A stretch of DNA of 63,597 bases, filler included, from Aduncisulcus paluster (taxonomy: Eukaryota), in NCBI GenBank assembly GCA_024181965.1. It is 11 parts of 11 records of this genome, joined end to end, with 100 filler letters (N's around TTAATTAATTAA, not from the genome) between each part and the next. Parts side by side here need not be neighbours in the genome. Positions count along the whole stretch, not along the records: positions 32,804 to 36,556 come from BQXS01011199.1; positions 36,657 to 44,889 come from BQXS01011200.1; 9 more parts are not named here. One strand, given 5' to 3'. Below, in pieces: positions 33,483 through 44,690 of the stretch. The translations under genes were made by a program, and so were the position numbers. Positions within the stretch are counted from its first letter, which is position 1. Every line of letters begins with the position of its first letter. The notes below the pieces were generated by a model that worked only from the letters and a program-made list of their open reading frames with translations, searched no databases and was not told where the DNA came from.

Positions 33483-35561
33483 ATGAATTGTTTATTTATG
33501 ACTCGTATTAGACTGTTTCATCGGCCGCTGGGTCAGAGTCTCTCTTTCATCATTCTCCTTTTTATATTTGTATTTATCTGCATTCCAACCGTTTCAAGTA
33601 GAAATACGGATAAATACCAAGTATATATTCCTTCCAAATATCTCCGAAAAGATCTTTGCAAGCTTTTTGAAAATCAATATCAAGATGATCCATCTCCGCG
33701 AAAAAAAGATATTTCAAGGGTTGACATTGCTAGAATATCAAATTCCTTTGATATTGAAACAGATAAGTGTGATGATATAACTGGGTTAGAGAATTTTATC
33801 AGTGGAGATTTTATCGACATCAGTGAAGGAGATGTATCCAATATCCAGCCCATTTCCAAACTTACTGGTCTTGTTCGGTTAACATTGGGTGGATCTCTCC
33901 CAGATCTACCTGATATTATCCTTCTCTCCCGTCTTTTGGAAGTTGACGTATCCAAATGCCCGAAATTGATTGATTTTTCTACCACATACCGAAACATTGG
34001 CATGGATGAATTGAAACTCATGTCTACTGTTGATAACGGCTACAAGACATCTGTTTGCCGAGCTGAGAGCGATGCCGAGTTTATGGAGTTTCTTACGACT
34101 ATTTTCCCAACCCATTCGACCGATCACATCTATATATATTCGTTCTCTAACTGTCCAATTGCCAATGAAGGTGAAACCTCATGCTTTGGCCATGACCAAT
34201 GTCCATACATCAGTCGTAATGAAATGTACTTCGAGTTTGAGTTTGGGGATAGCGCTATGGGCATTAAAGAGTGTTCTACTATCGCCAAAACAACGTATTC
34301 TGACGGCATGATGATCTGTTACACTGTCCATGATGACAACATTCGATCATATCTCATTGACACTTATCCTGATATCGCTGAGTCCACAGGCATGATCTCT
34401 GTTGCTTCCATTCGTTCCACTGTGTCTGGATCTCTCAATTTATCCACAGATGTAATCACTCCCTATGGCAATGTATCATCTCTCCAAGGTCTCGAGTATG
34501 CCACTGGTCTGACAGAGCTGAATCTCGATGGATATGATCTGAGTGGAAGTGATAGTGTGAGTGCGTATGACCAATTGGTTGTCAGGATCCTTTCCAAAGC
34601 TGTTACTTACTCGAGTGCATATGGTCACATTGACACTGGTCTTACTTCTCTCTCTCTGAGTGGATGTGGATTGAAATCCATTGAAGATGTGCTTGATTTC
34701 ACTCCCATTCATGCCAATGATGATAAAACCAAGCCATTTAAACTTTCATATCTTGATATCTCCAACAATAATATTTCAGACATGTCCATTCTCCTTGTGG
34801 ATGATCTCAATATCATCAATAACAACTCCACTCTGACCTTGAATCTGAACAAAAACAACATATGTGACATTGAAGGGGTTGTTCAAGCTCTTACCATTAA
34901 GTTCCCATCAATCAACATCGTTGAGCCATACTCTAATCAAACGTGTCATTGTGATGGTTCTAATGCTTTCTTGACTGTATCATCAAGTGAACACTCATAT
35001 TGCCGTGAATTCTATGCAAATACTTGGCGAAAAGATTGCTGGAAAGGGTATTTTTATGTTCCAGATGATAACAAGTGTGAACGTGCGACAGATGACAAGT
35101 CCATGATTGCGTGTCGTCTCTGTGAACGGAGTGGGAGTTCTTCTTATGCCGTTAAGACTAATGATAATGATAACATTGTCGCATGTGAGTGTCTTGAGGA
35201 TTATGCAGGAGATATGTGTGATATTAAATGCTCTGATTATGATTCATATAAATGTAATGGTGACCACGGCAGGTGTGTTTATTCATACGAGGAAAATGGA
35301 CCAGTGTGTGGATGTGATCGGTTCTATTTTGGGAATCAGTGTAAATGGAATCTAATTATAACCATCTGTGCTCCGATTGTTCTTTTAGTTGTTCTCGGTG
35401 TTGGTGGTTTCTTTGTGTACAGATGCTGTAAAAAAAGGAATCAAATCCCGTTATCAAAAGGAGATCCATTCAAGGGTTCTCCTAAACTTACCAGGAGAGA
35501 TGAACAGGAGTTTTCATTTGGTGTTAATCGAGTATCGAGTCTCTCTCGAACCCGCTTTTGA
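33483..35561 (+). CDS. Type I membrane surface protein with LRRs and EGF-like domains
   Basis: N-terminal hydrophobic segment; LQGLEYATGLTELNL, LSYLDISNNNISD, LNLNKNNICD; CEC..YAGDMC and CNGDHGRC..CGCDRFYFGNQC; TM IVLLVVLGVGGFFVY followed by RCCKKR. Confidence 0.85.
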   Translation: MNCLFMTRIRLFHRPLGQSLSFIILLFIFVFICIPTVSSRNTDKYQVYIPSKYLRKDLCKLFENQYQDDPSPRKKDISRVDIARISNSFDIETDKCDDITGLENFISGDFIDISEGDVSNIQPISKLTGLVRLTLGGSLPDLPDIILLSRLLEVDVSKCPKLIDFSTTYRNIGMDELKLMSTVDNGYKTSVCRAESDAEFMEFLTTIFPTHSTDHIYIYSFSNCPIANEGETSCFGHDQCPYISRNEMYFEFEFGDSAMGIKECSTIAKTTYSDGMMICYTVHDDNIRSYLIDTYPDIAESTGMISVASIRSTVSGSLNLSTDVITPYGNVSSLQGLEYATGLTELNLDGYDLSGSDSVSAYDQLVVRILSKAVTYSSAYGHIDTGLTSLSLSGCGLKSIEDVLDFTPIHANDDKTKPFKLSYLDISNNNISDMSILLVDDLNIINNNSTLTLNLNKNNICDIEGVVQALTIKFPSINIVEPYSNQTCHCDGSNAFLTVSSSEHSYCREFYANTWRKDCWKGYFYVPDDNKCERATDDKSMIACRLCERSGSSSYAVKTNDNDNIVACECLEDYAGDMCDIKCSDYDSYKCNGDHGRCVYSYEENGPVCGCDRFYFGNQCKWNLIITICAPIVLLVVLGVGGFFVYRCCKKRNQIPLSKGDPFKGSPKLTRRDEQEFSFGVNRVSSLSRTRF

Positions 35562-36053
35562 GTGATTGTGTCATATTCTCCTGAATGTTATCAGTTATAT
35601 AATTAATAACTTATAATTAATAACTTATTGTATATTTTGTCGAAATACTGACACTCCGGCCAGGTTTTTTTGTTTATATTTGTTTATATTTGTTTATATT
35701 TGTTTTTCTACCCTGCTGTTCGGATATATGTCAGATTCATGCATTGTTAATAAATGTTTTATAATAAAACAAACAATAGAAAACTATTCCAGAGATATTT
35801 CAAAACATAGTCTGGATCTTGAGAACAAATCCAATCAAGTTCAAAAATTTGGGTCAAAATGACACTTGTCAGGGTTCAAGACTTGAGTTCATCTCAACAA
35901 AGGTCTCAAGTCCAACATCATTCAAGGACTCCGCAAGAGTTTTCACAATACAGTTATTCTACCGGATTCAGGCCCCCGTAGCAGCCCCCCGTACATACTT
36001 TACCATGACATACATTCATTCTTCTCCTCTATTTATCATACAGATGATGATCT

Positions 36054-36556
36054 TCACTCTTTCCCTTCCATTTCTTCTTCTTCTTCCGCCTCTCTAAAGT
36101 GGGCTATGAATGTGTTTCTCACCGTGTACAGAATTTCAACAATTGGTTTCCCCTCACACTCTTTCTTGCATTCTTCAAATCTATCCTTTTTTAATTCAGG
36201 AACACACTTGGATATCATTAACATGTCACTTCCCTCTGGAATATGGATACAGAATCTGCACGTATAATCCTTGTCGGGGATTAGGTGTGTGAAAGTAAAA
36301 GTCTTCTCCGAGGTTAGTGGATCAATATCAAGCGAAATTCCGAAATATTTTTCAAAGAGGAGGAGCTGGGCATCAATTTGAGCCGCTTCTTTCTTCAATT
36401 GAGTCTGAAAACTATTTTCACGTACAATCAATGCATTATACAGTTCCTTTTCTTTCTGGAAATGTGCTTCAAAATCCTTTCTTTCAGCATCTTCAGCTTC
36501 TGACAATTTCAATTCACGCTCGTGTTGTGCAATTTTTGCTTTTAACGTGTGAAGTT
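36054..36556 (-). CDS. SPC25: Kinetochore protein Spc25 (Ndc80 complex), 5'-truncated
   Basis: Coiled coil followed by RWD-type FEKYFGISL..FTFTHLIP..CRFCI..ISKCVPEL..ILYTVRNTF, matching the Spc25 pattern LGL..F.F..id..F.l..c.P.l..Fl..vR..F. Confidence 0.7.
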
Positions 36557-36656
36557 NNNNNNNNNNNNNNNNNNNNNNNNNNNNNNNNNNNNNNNNNNNN
36601 TTAATTAATTAANNNNNNNNNNNNNNNNNNNNNNNNNNNNNNNNNNNNNNNNNNNN

Positions 36657-37769
36657 ATCGTGAAGGGAAAAGATATATTTGAGTTGTTTTTGCTCTCAAC
36701 AGAACCGATGAAACCTTCCTTGAATCCCTCTGTCACACATACCACAAATGTGAAGAGTGTCACCACACAAGTGGCTGAAACTGCTCGTTCTGGACGTATC
36801 CCAATTGTGATAACCGGAGATTACACAAAAGCTATGTTTAAATACCTTAGAACATACACTCATACGGCTGTAGTTATCAACAGTGGGCTCAGCTGTGTTC
36901 CAAATGAGTATATAACTGTATTTGGTAAAGATATTCATCCGTTGTGTGCTGCACCTGCTTCAAAAACAAAGGCCAGCCGTCGAAAGAGTCATGTTTTAAA
37001 GGGAGGCATGCTTTTGGAGGCTCCTTTCGCCCTTCTTCTTGGGTTCTTGCCTCGACCCCAGTATGACGTTGTTGTAGGCAGTTTGGGTATCAAAGGAGAT
37101 GAAAAACGAAGAGTTGAGGAGAAGGTGAAACGTTATAGCCATAGCATCAGGTCTATTAAGTTCACTGATCAAGCTGAGCGTGAGCAGCAGGGGAGGGAAA
37201 TTGAAGACACTGACCTCCACTCTGAGAAGGACACTGTGAAAATGTTACATTCATCAGCAAGCCTTGACTCTGAAGCCAGTAACAGGACTGAATTACAGCT
37301 TCTTCAGCAGCACACGCAGCAACACACACAACACTCACCACCAAAACATCGAACTGATGGCATTTGTGGTACTTTTCGACGTGATGAAAACCCTCAACTT
37401 TTTAAAGATCTTGGAACTACATTCAAAGCTCTGTTGGATCTATTCAAGCAGACGGACGTACTAACAAAAGATGACATTATATATGTTATTGGACCAGATA
37501 ATATTCATACTTTCTGTGGGTTGGAACAAAAGGACATTGACGAGATTGGTTGCAGTGTGATTGTATATCGAGGCGAAAAGGCATCGTTCTCCTCAAAAGT
37601 CAATTTCTTTATTGAGACCAGGCTTGTTCAGAGCGAAAAAGAGGGATGTTTGGAGATTGTTCCCGTTACAAAGGCCAAAATGCATAGTTTGCAGGCTCTT
37701 GGTGCTGTTGGGGGAAACGGTCTGATTATTCCTTTGATTCGTGATGATATTGTGAGTGAAAGAGGATAA
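36657..37769 (+). CDS. Hypothetical protein, possibly degenerate arginase/ureohydrolase fold, 5'-truncated
   Basis: GRIPIVITGDYT ~ PIVLGGDHS; PFALLLG ~ PVSFLLG; DIIYVIG ~ DIVYIG; metal ligands absent. Confidence 0.45.
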   Translation: MVKGKDIFELFLLSTEPMKPSLNPSVTHTTNVKSVTTQVAETARSGRIPIVITGDYTKAMFKYLRTYTHTAVVINSGLSCVPNEYITVFGKDIHPLCAAPASKTKASRRKSHVLKGGMLLEAPFALLLGFLPRPQYDVVVGSLGIKGDEKRRVEEKVKRYSHSIRSIKFTDQAEREQQGREIEDTDLHSEKDTVKMLHSSASLDSEASNRTELQLLQQHTQQHTQHSPPKHRTDGICGTFRRDENPQLFKDLGTTFKALLDLFKQTDVLTKDDIIYVIGPDNIHTFCGLEQKDIDEIGCSVIVYRGEKASFSSKVNFFIETRLVQSEKEGCLEIVPVTKAKMHSLQALGAVGGNGLIIPLIRDDIVSERG

Positions 37770-38201
37770 TTCTTGTTATAACTTTTATAGATATATAAAA
37801 ATATTGGGAAATTATATCTTCAAATTTTTTCTTTTATTATTTGTTCTTTGACACTGGATTGTGTGTGATTCACAGTGGATCTTGTTGTTGATGAATGTTG
37901 GAATTTGGATAAAATCAATAAAACTCTTCAATTTAGTGCTTATTTGGATAATTCTGGGTTTATAAGATTCTTATAATCTGAGTGCGTTGAGAAATAAGGA
38001 ATACTAAAATTCTCCATAAGATAAGATATATATTTTATTGGCAAGCTAGTCATTGTATTATCTTATCAAACAACAAAATAAACCACAATTAAGGTATTTT
38101 GGTTACGCAACAATATTTCATATTGTAACCGTGATTATTCTTATTATCATCTGGATTTAGGAGAATTTTGATTTATTAAAATTTAAATATTTCATTGAAT
38201 T

Positions 38202-41200
38202 ATGGGTATTTTTTCAAAATCTGTATGACCTACTTCTAATACTTGCATCTTATCCGCTTTTTCATTATTTTTATGAAACCATTTATGATGATGTTTTATT
38301 TACTTTTAATCAAATAATCTTGGTTATTTCTTAACTCTTGGTTTATTCCTAACTTTTCCATCTTGATCCAAGATCAAACTAATTGAACCTCAATTTATTC
38401 ATGAGGGAGGAAATAACTGCATTCCAATTCCTATTGATGCTCCTGTGATTCTACCTTCAGATATTCCCAGACTCAAAGGAAGAGATGAAACGAGGAAGCG
38501 TAGTGATTCTGAATATGATCAAAAACTTGAAGTGGAGAAGTTAATGAAGATAAAACCAAATACAGGATGTTTTTCCCATATTTCTATCCCTTTTATCTCA
38601 TCTGTTTCCATAAAAGGGGTATACATTTGTGGTCGTAAGTTTTATCTCTCTCCATCGCACCTTATCTTTACTTTTTTCGATTCTAAAGGAAAGAAAACCT
38701 TTATGAAATATGAATTTCCCCTGTTAAAAGATGATTCCTGGTTTTTCCTTCCAATTGATCTTCCTGATGTCATGAAATGCAAGATTGACGGGAGATGTGC
38801 ATCAGAAAAAAAATTTTCTATTGAGTCAATAATTTTCATTCGACCTGAAACTCTTGAGGAAAGAAGTTCTCGTCGGAGAAAAGAATCAACCCTTGAGAAA
38901 GAATGGGCCAAAGCTGTACGTTTTCGTTTCTTTAACATTTCAGAATATTTTATTGATGTAATCAAATTTTTATGTATTTTTAATATTTTATATATATTTT
39001 ATCTAATTCTATGGCTTTACATTGTATTTTTAGCAAAATATTGAGCCAAGAATGGTGTATAAAAAAGGAGGCATTGAATATCCAACGAATGTAATTAGTT
39101 ATTTTATTCGTTTTGATGATCCAACCATCATAAAACCATCCATTTCAATGATAAAGGTAAAGAATGAGGTAGTGAGGGAGGAAGATCAGCATAAACTGAG
39201 GGATCAGATCCAAAAGATGTCAAAAGTAGAAAAATGTGGAATGGTTTGTTGTGGTATTGATTTTTCTCATCTTTCCATCCCTTTCCCATCGCCTAGTCCA
39301 ATGAAAGGTGCTTATTTCTGTGTGGGTAAGGATTTTAGTTCACCCTCTCTCCTCTTCACTTTCACTGATTCTGATGGTAAGAAGACATGCAAGAAGTATG
39401 ATTTTTTTGAACCTAAATCAGACGAATTCGTATTTTTTTTCCTTCCTATTGATTTGAATGATGTCATTTTATGTGAAATTCAAGGAAAAGGAACTTGGAA
39501 AGAGAAGAATAGTCGGATTTGTAAGAGCTGTTTTCTTTGTTTTGTTCGAGAAGAAACCTTTGAAGAAAAATCTGCTCGTGTATCAAAGGAAGAATTACAA
39601 AGAAAAGCTGTATGTTTGTTCGTTAATTGTATTCGTTTTTTGTTGTTTATTATTTGTGATTTATATTATTGATTGTTTCTTTGTTTTTTAGTCGGTAATC
39701 AAGCCTGAATTAAAATATGAATTTGAAGATCAAGATGATAAATTGTGTATTATGGAATATATATCTAATTTACGTGAAGAATTAGACTTAATTGATCCCA
39801 AAATGTCAATGGTTAAGGCTACTTTTGAGTATTATGAAGATATAGGAGATATAGATTTTATTGCATTGGCACAAATGGGGCTAGAAGGAAAATATGATGA
39901 AATAATATCGCATGATATACCTGTTGCGTTTAGCAAAATTTTCATCCCTTTTTCATCCCCCCAGTCAGTGAAAGGGGTTTACTTATTTGTTCCTGGAGAT
40001 GAAAATACTATTTTTACTTATTATTTTACTTTTACTCATTCTGATGGAAAGAAGATGGCAAAAAAAATTGAATTTCATGATGTTAAACACGACTCTCTTG
40101 GAGTTTTTTTCCTTTTAATTGATTTGAATAACGTTATTTCATGTGAGATTGAAGGAGAATTTAGTCAAAATTCAACTTATGATGGAGTCATTTATCTCAG
40201 AATATTTATTTTTCTCTCTCTATTTTTCCTTTCAGGGAAAGATATTCATGGAGATTCACTGAATCGACTTTCATCATCAACATCTCCAAGAATCACCTCC
40301 GCCAGAAAGGATGGTACTGAAGAAGAGAAAGAAAAGCGTGGGAAGGAAGAAAGGGAAAAGAAAATCAAGAAATCCCAAAATGAATCACAATGTGCAAAAC
40401 TAACCGGTCCACTTCCTATAAGCGAAAAACGAACAATTCCTTTTAATTTTAGTGCTCGCTTCATGACTAGTTGTGATTCTATTGAGGAGGCTGAAACTCG
40501 TNNNNNNNNNNNNNNNNNNNNATTCACTGAATCGACTTTCATCATCAACATCTCCAAGAATCACCTCCGCCAGAAAGGATGGTACTGAAGAAGAGAAAGA
40601 AAAGCGTGGGAAGGAAGAAAGGGAAAAGAAAATCAAGAAATCCCAAAATGAATCACAATGTGCAAAACTAACCGGTCCACTTCCTATAAGCGAAAAACGA
40701 ACAATTCCTTTTAATTTTAGTGCTCGCTTCATGACTAGTTGTGATTCTATTGAGGAGGCTGAAACTCGTGTTCTTTCAAGTGCGGGAAAATATGCCATTC
40801 TTATTCAATATGATCCCTTGAACGAGGATTGTTTTATTATGGGAACGAAGGATATGAAAATTGTTAGAAACGTTTTCAAAGAGATGCATGAGCAGGTCGA
40901 ATTTTATGCTGTTGTGGATGAAAAAATATCTGAGCCAACAGCAATTGCTTTCCTCAAAGCTCCAAATTCTGAAGAAAAGGGAGTTTATGCTATGAAGATT
41001 GTTAAGAAGATTACAATTACGGGATGTGAGCTTCAGGACCCAATCCTTGATTTTTTTGGGTTTGGTCCCAAGTCACTGACCCAAAGGCACAAAGACCAAG
41101 AAAAGGAGAAGGATGAATTTTTTGAGGCAGGAGAGGACAAATCAATAATTCAGTCATCGATGGAAAAGGATACACGACGGAAAAGTTCCAAACCTAAAGA

Positions 41201-42488
41201 TTCAATCATTAAGCACAAACCTAAAGATGACTCGCTTACCCTGACGTCTGCATCCACCATCACTCCTCAGTGCATCATCGGCAGTGGTGGGTTCGGAGAG
41301 GTTCTTCTTGTGAAAGTTGATGGCATTCCTTTCCCATGTGTTCTGAAGAAGATGCTTCGAGTTGCAGACAAAAAGGTTGTGAAAGGATGTCGGAAGGAGT
41401 TTAAGGTGCAACTCAAGTTATTCACGAATCCCAAATGTTTCAACCGTATCCCACGTCCCTTGTATATCCTTGACCTGCTTGATGCAGACTTCCATGGTGT
41501 GTATGGTTTCTTGATGGAATTTTGTGTTGGAGGCAGTGTGAGTTCGTTTGCAAAGAGTTGGTGTGCAGATGGCAAGTATGTGAGTGTTGATGAGGATGAG
41601 GATGAGGCCTCTGATTCTTCCTCAAGCTCTGAGTCCTTTAATGATCCTGATTCCCCAAGTTCCACTCCCTTCAATCCCATGACACTGAATCCTGTGAAAG
41701 TCTGTTCTCTCTGTGTGGGGATGATTGAATGTCTTGATGATGTGTTTGTGGCAAAGAAATCCCTTGTTCACCGAGACATCAAACCTGACAACTTCCTTGT
41801 GCGTGTTGATCAGAAAAGCAAGGAATGCACTATTGTTCTTGCTGATCTTGGTCTTGTTCAAATCCAGGATTCTGTTTCCTCTTCCTCTTCTTCAAAGAGT
41901 TTTCTTACTTCCAAGAGAGATCAGAAGAAGAGTACTCCCGATCATTCATTATGTGGAACTCTTGTGTATAACTCATTTGAAGCGCTACAAGCGGGCATTC
42001 ATTCCCAAGAGAGTGATGGGCATTCTTTGGGCATGTCAATTCTTTCTCTTTTCTTATGTGATGATCCATTTATGAATATGACCATTTTAAGGGGAATTAA
42101 CGATCCTTTTATGATTATGAAACAAATAATGAAGCTCATGCAAAAAGGGTTGAATCCCAAACTTTCAGCTTCTCCTCTCTTCAAATCGCTCAAATCAATT
42201 GAAGGAGGGAAATATAAGCCCATTTGTAAGGTTTTGAATGATGTTTATATTGGTCTTACTCAACTTGATGTTGACAAACGTATGACTGTGCATGAAGCCC
42301 GATTGAAAGTGCAATCAATCAAATCTTTCCTTCCTGAGATCGGTGAAGGATGGAAATATCCAAGCATTGAAGACATCATCTCTAAGCAACGGAGGAAGCA
42401 TGGCGACTTTGTTGGATCTGTTGAAGGTGGTTTGGGTGATCTTGGAGGGGTTGATCTGAGGAGAGGGTGGGATGATAGTCAAATTTGA
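38202..42488 (+). CDS. Spliced gene: three 'HISIPF' modules plus a divergent Ser/Thr protein kinase (about 1222 aa)
   Basis: join(38202..38222,38373..38915,39034..39609,39692..40501,40770..42488) after removing three phase-0 introns and the false duplication. Kinase motifs: IGSGGFGEV, VLKK, KEF, HRDIKPDNFL, ADLGL, CGTLVYNSFE, SDGHSLG. Confidence 0.8.
38223..38372 (+). other. Intron 1 (150 nt, phase 0)
   Basis: GTATGA...CTAAC (38349-38353)...CCAAG; joins MGIFSKS to IKLIEPQFIHEG. Confidence 0.65.
38916..39033 (+). other. Intron 2 (118 nt, phase 0)
   Basis: GTACGT...CTAAT...TTTTTAG; joins EKEWAKA to QNIEPRMV. Confidence 0.85.
39610..39691 (+). other. Intron 3 (82 nt, phase 0)
   Basis: GTATGT...TTTTTTAG; joins ELQRKA to SVIKPEL. 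Confidence 0.85.
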
Positions 42489-42532
42489 AAGTGGGGTTTT
42501 GGTGAAAATGGTGTTTTTGAACAGTTTAAAAG

Positions 42533-42931
42533 ATGAGTGGTGATTTCCGTGGATATAAAGGGGATGATGATCCGCTTGATATTTTTGATATCGCTCCTAA
42601 ATCCCATTCTGAAAGACATATAGGAGACATGTATCCAGTTGTGGTTCTTGGCGCTATTCCCTTTGTGGACCGTGGAGAAGCCGACTTCAAGTTACTCTCT
42701 GCTCCATTGTCATTTCCTCCTGTTGCGTCTGGAGATCTTGAAACTTTAGCTTCGTTAAAGAGAATGGATCCTTCACTTATCCCAAAATTAAAACAATGGC
42801 TCACTTCGTATAAAAAATCTCAATATGGTGATTCTTATGGTTCTTTCTCTGGTCAGGATCTTGATGAGAAAGAAGCTCTTCAGTTGATTAAAGATACACT
42901 AATCTCAAAAGGTACTGGAAAAAGGAAATAA
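42533..42931 (+). CDS. C-terminal half of a family I inorganic pyrophosphatase (copy 1)
   Basis: GDDDPLDI signature (DxDPxD); VLGAIPFVDRGEADFKLL; WLTSYK. The N-terminal half is absent and there is an in-frame TAA just upstream. Confidence 0.7.
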   Translation: MSGDFRGYKGDDDPLDIFDIAPKSHSERHIGDMYPVVVLGAIPFVDRGEADFKLLSAPLSFPPVASGDLETLASLKRMDPSLIPKLKQWLTSYKKSQYGDSYGSFSGQDLDEKEALQLIKDTLISKGTGKRK

Positions 42932-43085
42932 TTGTTGGAATATCTTTTGTCGAAAAATTTACATTTCAAAAATGGTATTCTTCAAAATTTTGTTTCGCTA
43001 TATTGTTCAAATTACAAAAAACAACTCCCCTTGAACATATCTTGTTAGTTTTCGGTGAAAATGGTGTTTTTGAACAGTTTAAAAG

Positions 43086-43484
43086 ATGAGTGGTGATTTC
43101 CGTGGATATAAAGGGGATGATGATCCGCTTGATATTTTTGATATCGCTCCTAAATCCCATTCTGAAAGACATATAGGAGACATGTATCCAGTTGTGGTTC
43201 TTGGCGCTATTCCCTTTGTGGACCGTGGAGAAGCCGACTTCAAGTTACTCTCTGCTCCATTGTCATTTCCTCCTGTTGCGTCTGGAGATCTTGAAACTTT
43301 AGCTTCGTTAAAGAGAATGGATCCTTCACTTATCCCAAAATTAAAACAATGGCTCACTTCGTATAAAAAATCTCAATATGGTGATTCTTATGGTTCTTTC
43401 TCTGGTCAGGATCTTGATGAGAAAGAAGCTCTTCAGTTGATTAAAGATACACTAATCTCAAAAGGTACTGGAAAAAGGAAATAA
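43086..43484 (+). CDS. C-terminal half of a family I inorganic pyrophosphatase (copy 2)
   Basis: Identical translation to copy 1. Confidence 0.7.
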   Translation: MSGDFRGYKGDDDPLDIFDIAPKSHSERHIGDMYPVVVLGAIPFVDRGEADFKLLSAPLSFPPVASGDLETLASLKRMDPSLIPKLKQWLTSYKKSQYGDSYGSFSGQDLDEKEALQLIKDTLISKGTGKRK

Positions 43485-43773
43485 TTGTTGGAATATCTTT
43501 TGTCGAAAAATTTACATTTCAAAAATGGTATTCTTCAAAATTTTGTTTCGCTATATTGTTCAAATTACAAAAAACAACTCCCCTTGAACATATCTTGTTA
43601 GTTTTCTGTTTATACAGTGTTTTTGAAAAGTTTAAAAAATGATATTATTGAATATTTGTCGATTTTAAGACATTTGAGTTTTCTTGATTTCTAAAAATAG
43701 AATTTCTAAAAATAGAAAATGTCAATGTTTGTTTTCATTCATTATCGCTGATAACACAAATATGTGACAAAAT

Positions 43774-44690
43774 TTAAGGTTCTTTCGTCTCGGTTTGTTG
43801 AATATTTTTGCAACGATATTCTTTTATTCTCAGCAGATTCATTGTTAAGAAGTAAACCTTCCTGGTGATACCAGTTATAACTTTACCAATCTTTTCCAAA
43901 TTAAACAACGAAGTCAGTAATCTGGATATTTCTGTCGATCTATCTGAGGGGGGGGGGTTAAAATTAACTAACGTGAAAGTCCTTACCGCCCGAATGTACT
44001 GTATTTGAGAAAACAATTGAAAGTTGTGGTGTTTAAGAGTCTCTAAAAGAGAATACAATTCTTTAAGCTAGCTTTTGACCAGAGACTTGAGTCTCAAGTC
44101 TTGAGATAAATTAATGATCAGATCATTGATGCAGAGTCTGCATGGATGGCAAGTTCTGCCGAACTGAGTATGAGCTTCAAGCTTTTAAAGGGAGTTGCAA
44201 TGATTATTCACCTCATTATGGCGCCATTATAGAGAAACTGGATCTGCAATACCAGTCAGCTCCAGATAGAGCAAATCTACAATATCGCATAAGAATAAAT
44301 AGATAAGATCGTAAAACATCGATAAAATATAATAACACCATATTTTTGTGAAAGATTAATCTCACAGACCTTGTAGAAAGATGAAATTGAATCTGTCACA
44401 GATTGAGATAATTTGTGTCAATAGCAGGTTAGATATCCATATTAATTCAATATGAAGGATAAAAATTATTTCATGCCGAAAAAAAACATCAGAGAAATCC
44501 TCCAAAGATATTGATTGCTGACAAAATCGTTTGAAAGTTTCGATTTCAGATTTCGTTCGTTTTGTCCGACACTTCCCTCAGAAATCTTCTTTATCCTCCA
44601 CTCTTTGAGAATATTTTGCTTGGGGTGGCCATAATAGTATGTGTTTGTGCGAGATATTGATGGTTTTGCATTGTCATTATTTCTCAAGGG
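43774..44690 (-). pseudogene. Decayed relative of the LRR surface-protein family
   Basis: Broken-frame pieces KPSISRTNTYY..ILKEW, SISS..QGL and LDLSG appear in the same order as CPYISRNEMY..IKEC, VSSLQGL and YDLSG in 33483-35561. Confidence 0.35.

Larger units (their letters stand above)
42501..43606 (+). repeat. 553-bp direct tandem duplication (42501-43053, 43054-43606)
   Basis: Two apparently identical units with no N gap between them. Confidence 0.92.

Noticed and set aside
35870-35930. Hairpin GACTTGAG..CTCAAGTC with ATGA/GA and CTGA on the minus strand as a SECIS or C/D snoRNA (the same arms recur at 44083-44101)
   Set aside because: The core is asymmetric, there is no apical AA, box C is imperfect, and the visible part of the upstream gene has no in-frame TGA. 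An 8-9-bp match can arise by chance.
40735-41060. ADF/cofilin-like domain between the modules and the kinase
   Set aside because: Only a vague resemblance (KYAILIQYD; IAFLKAP..KGVYA); not supportable without a profile search.
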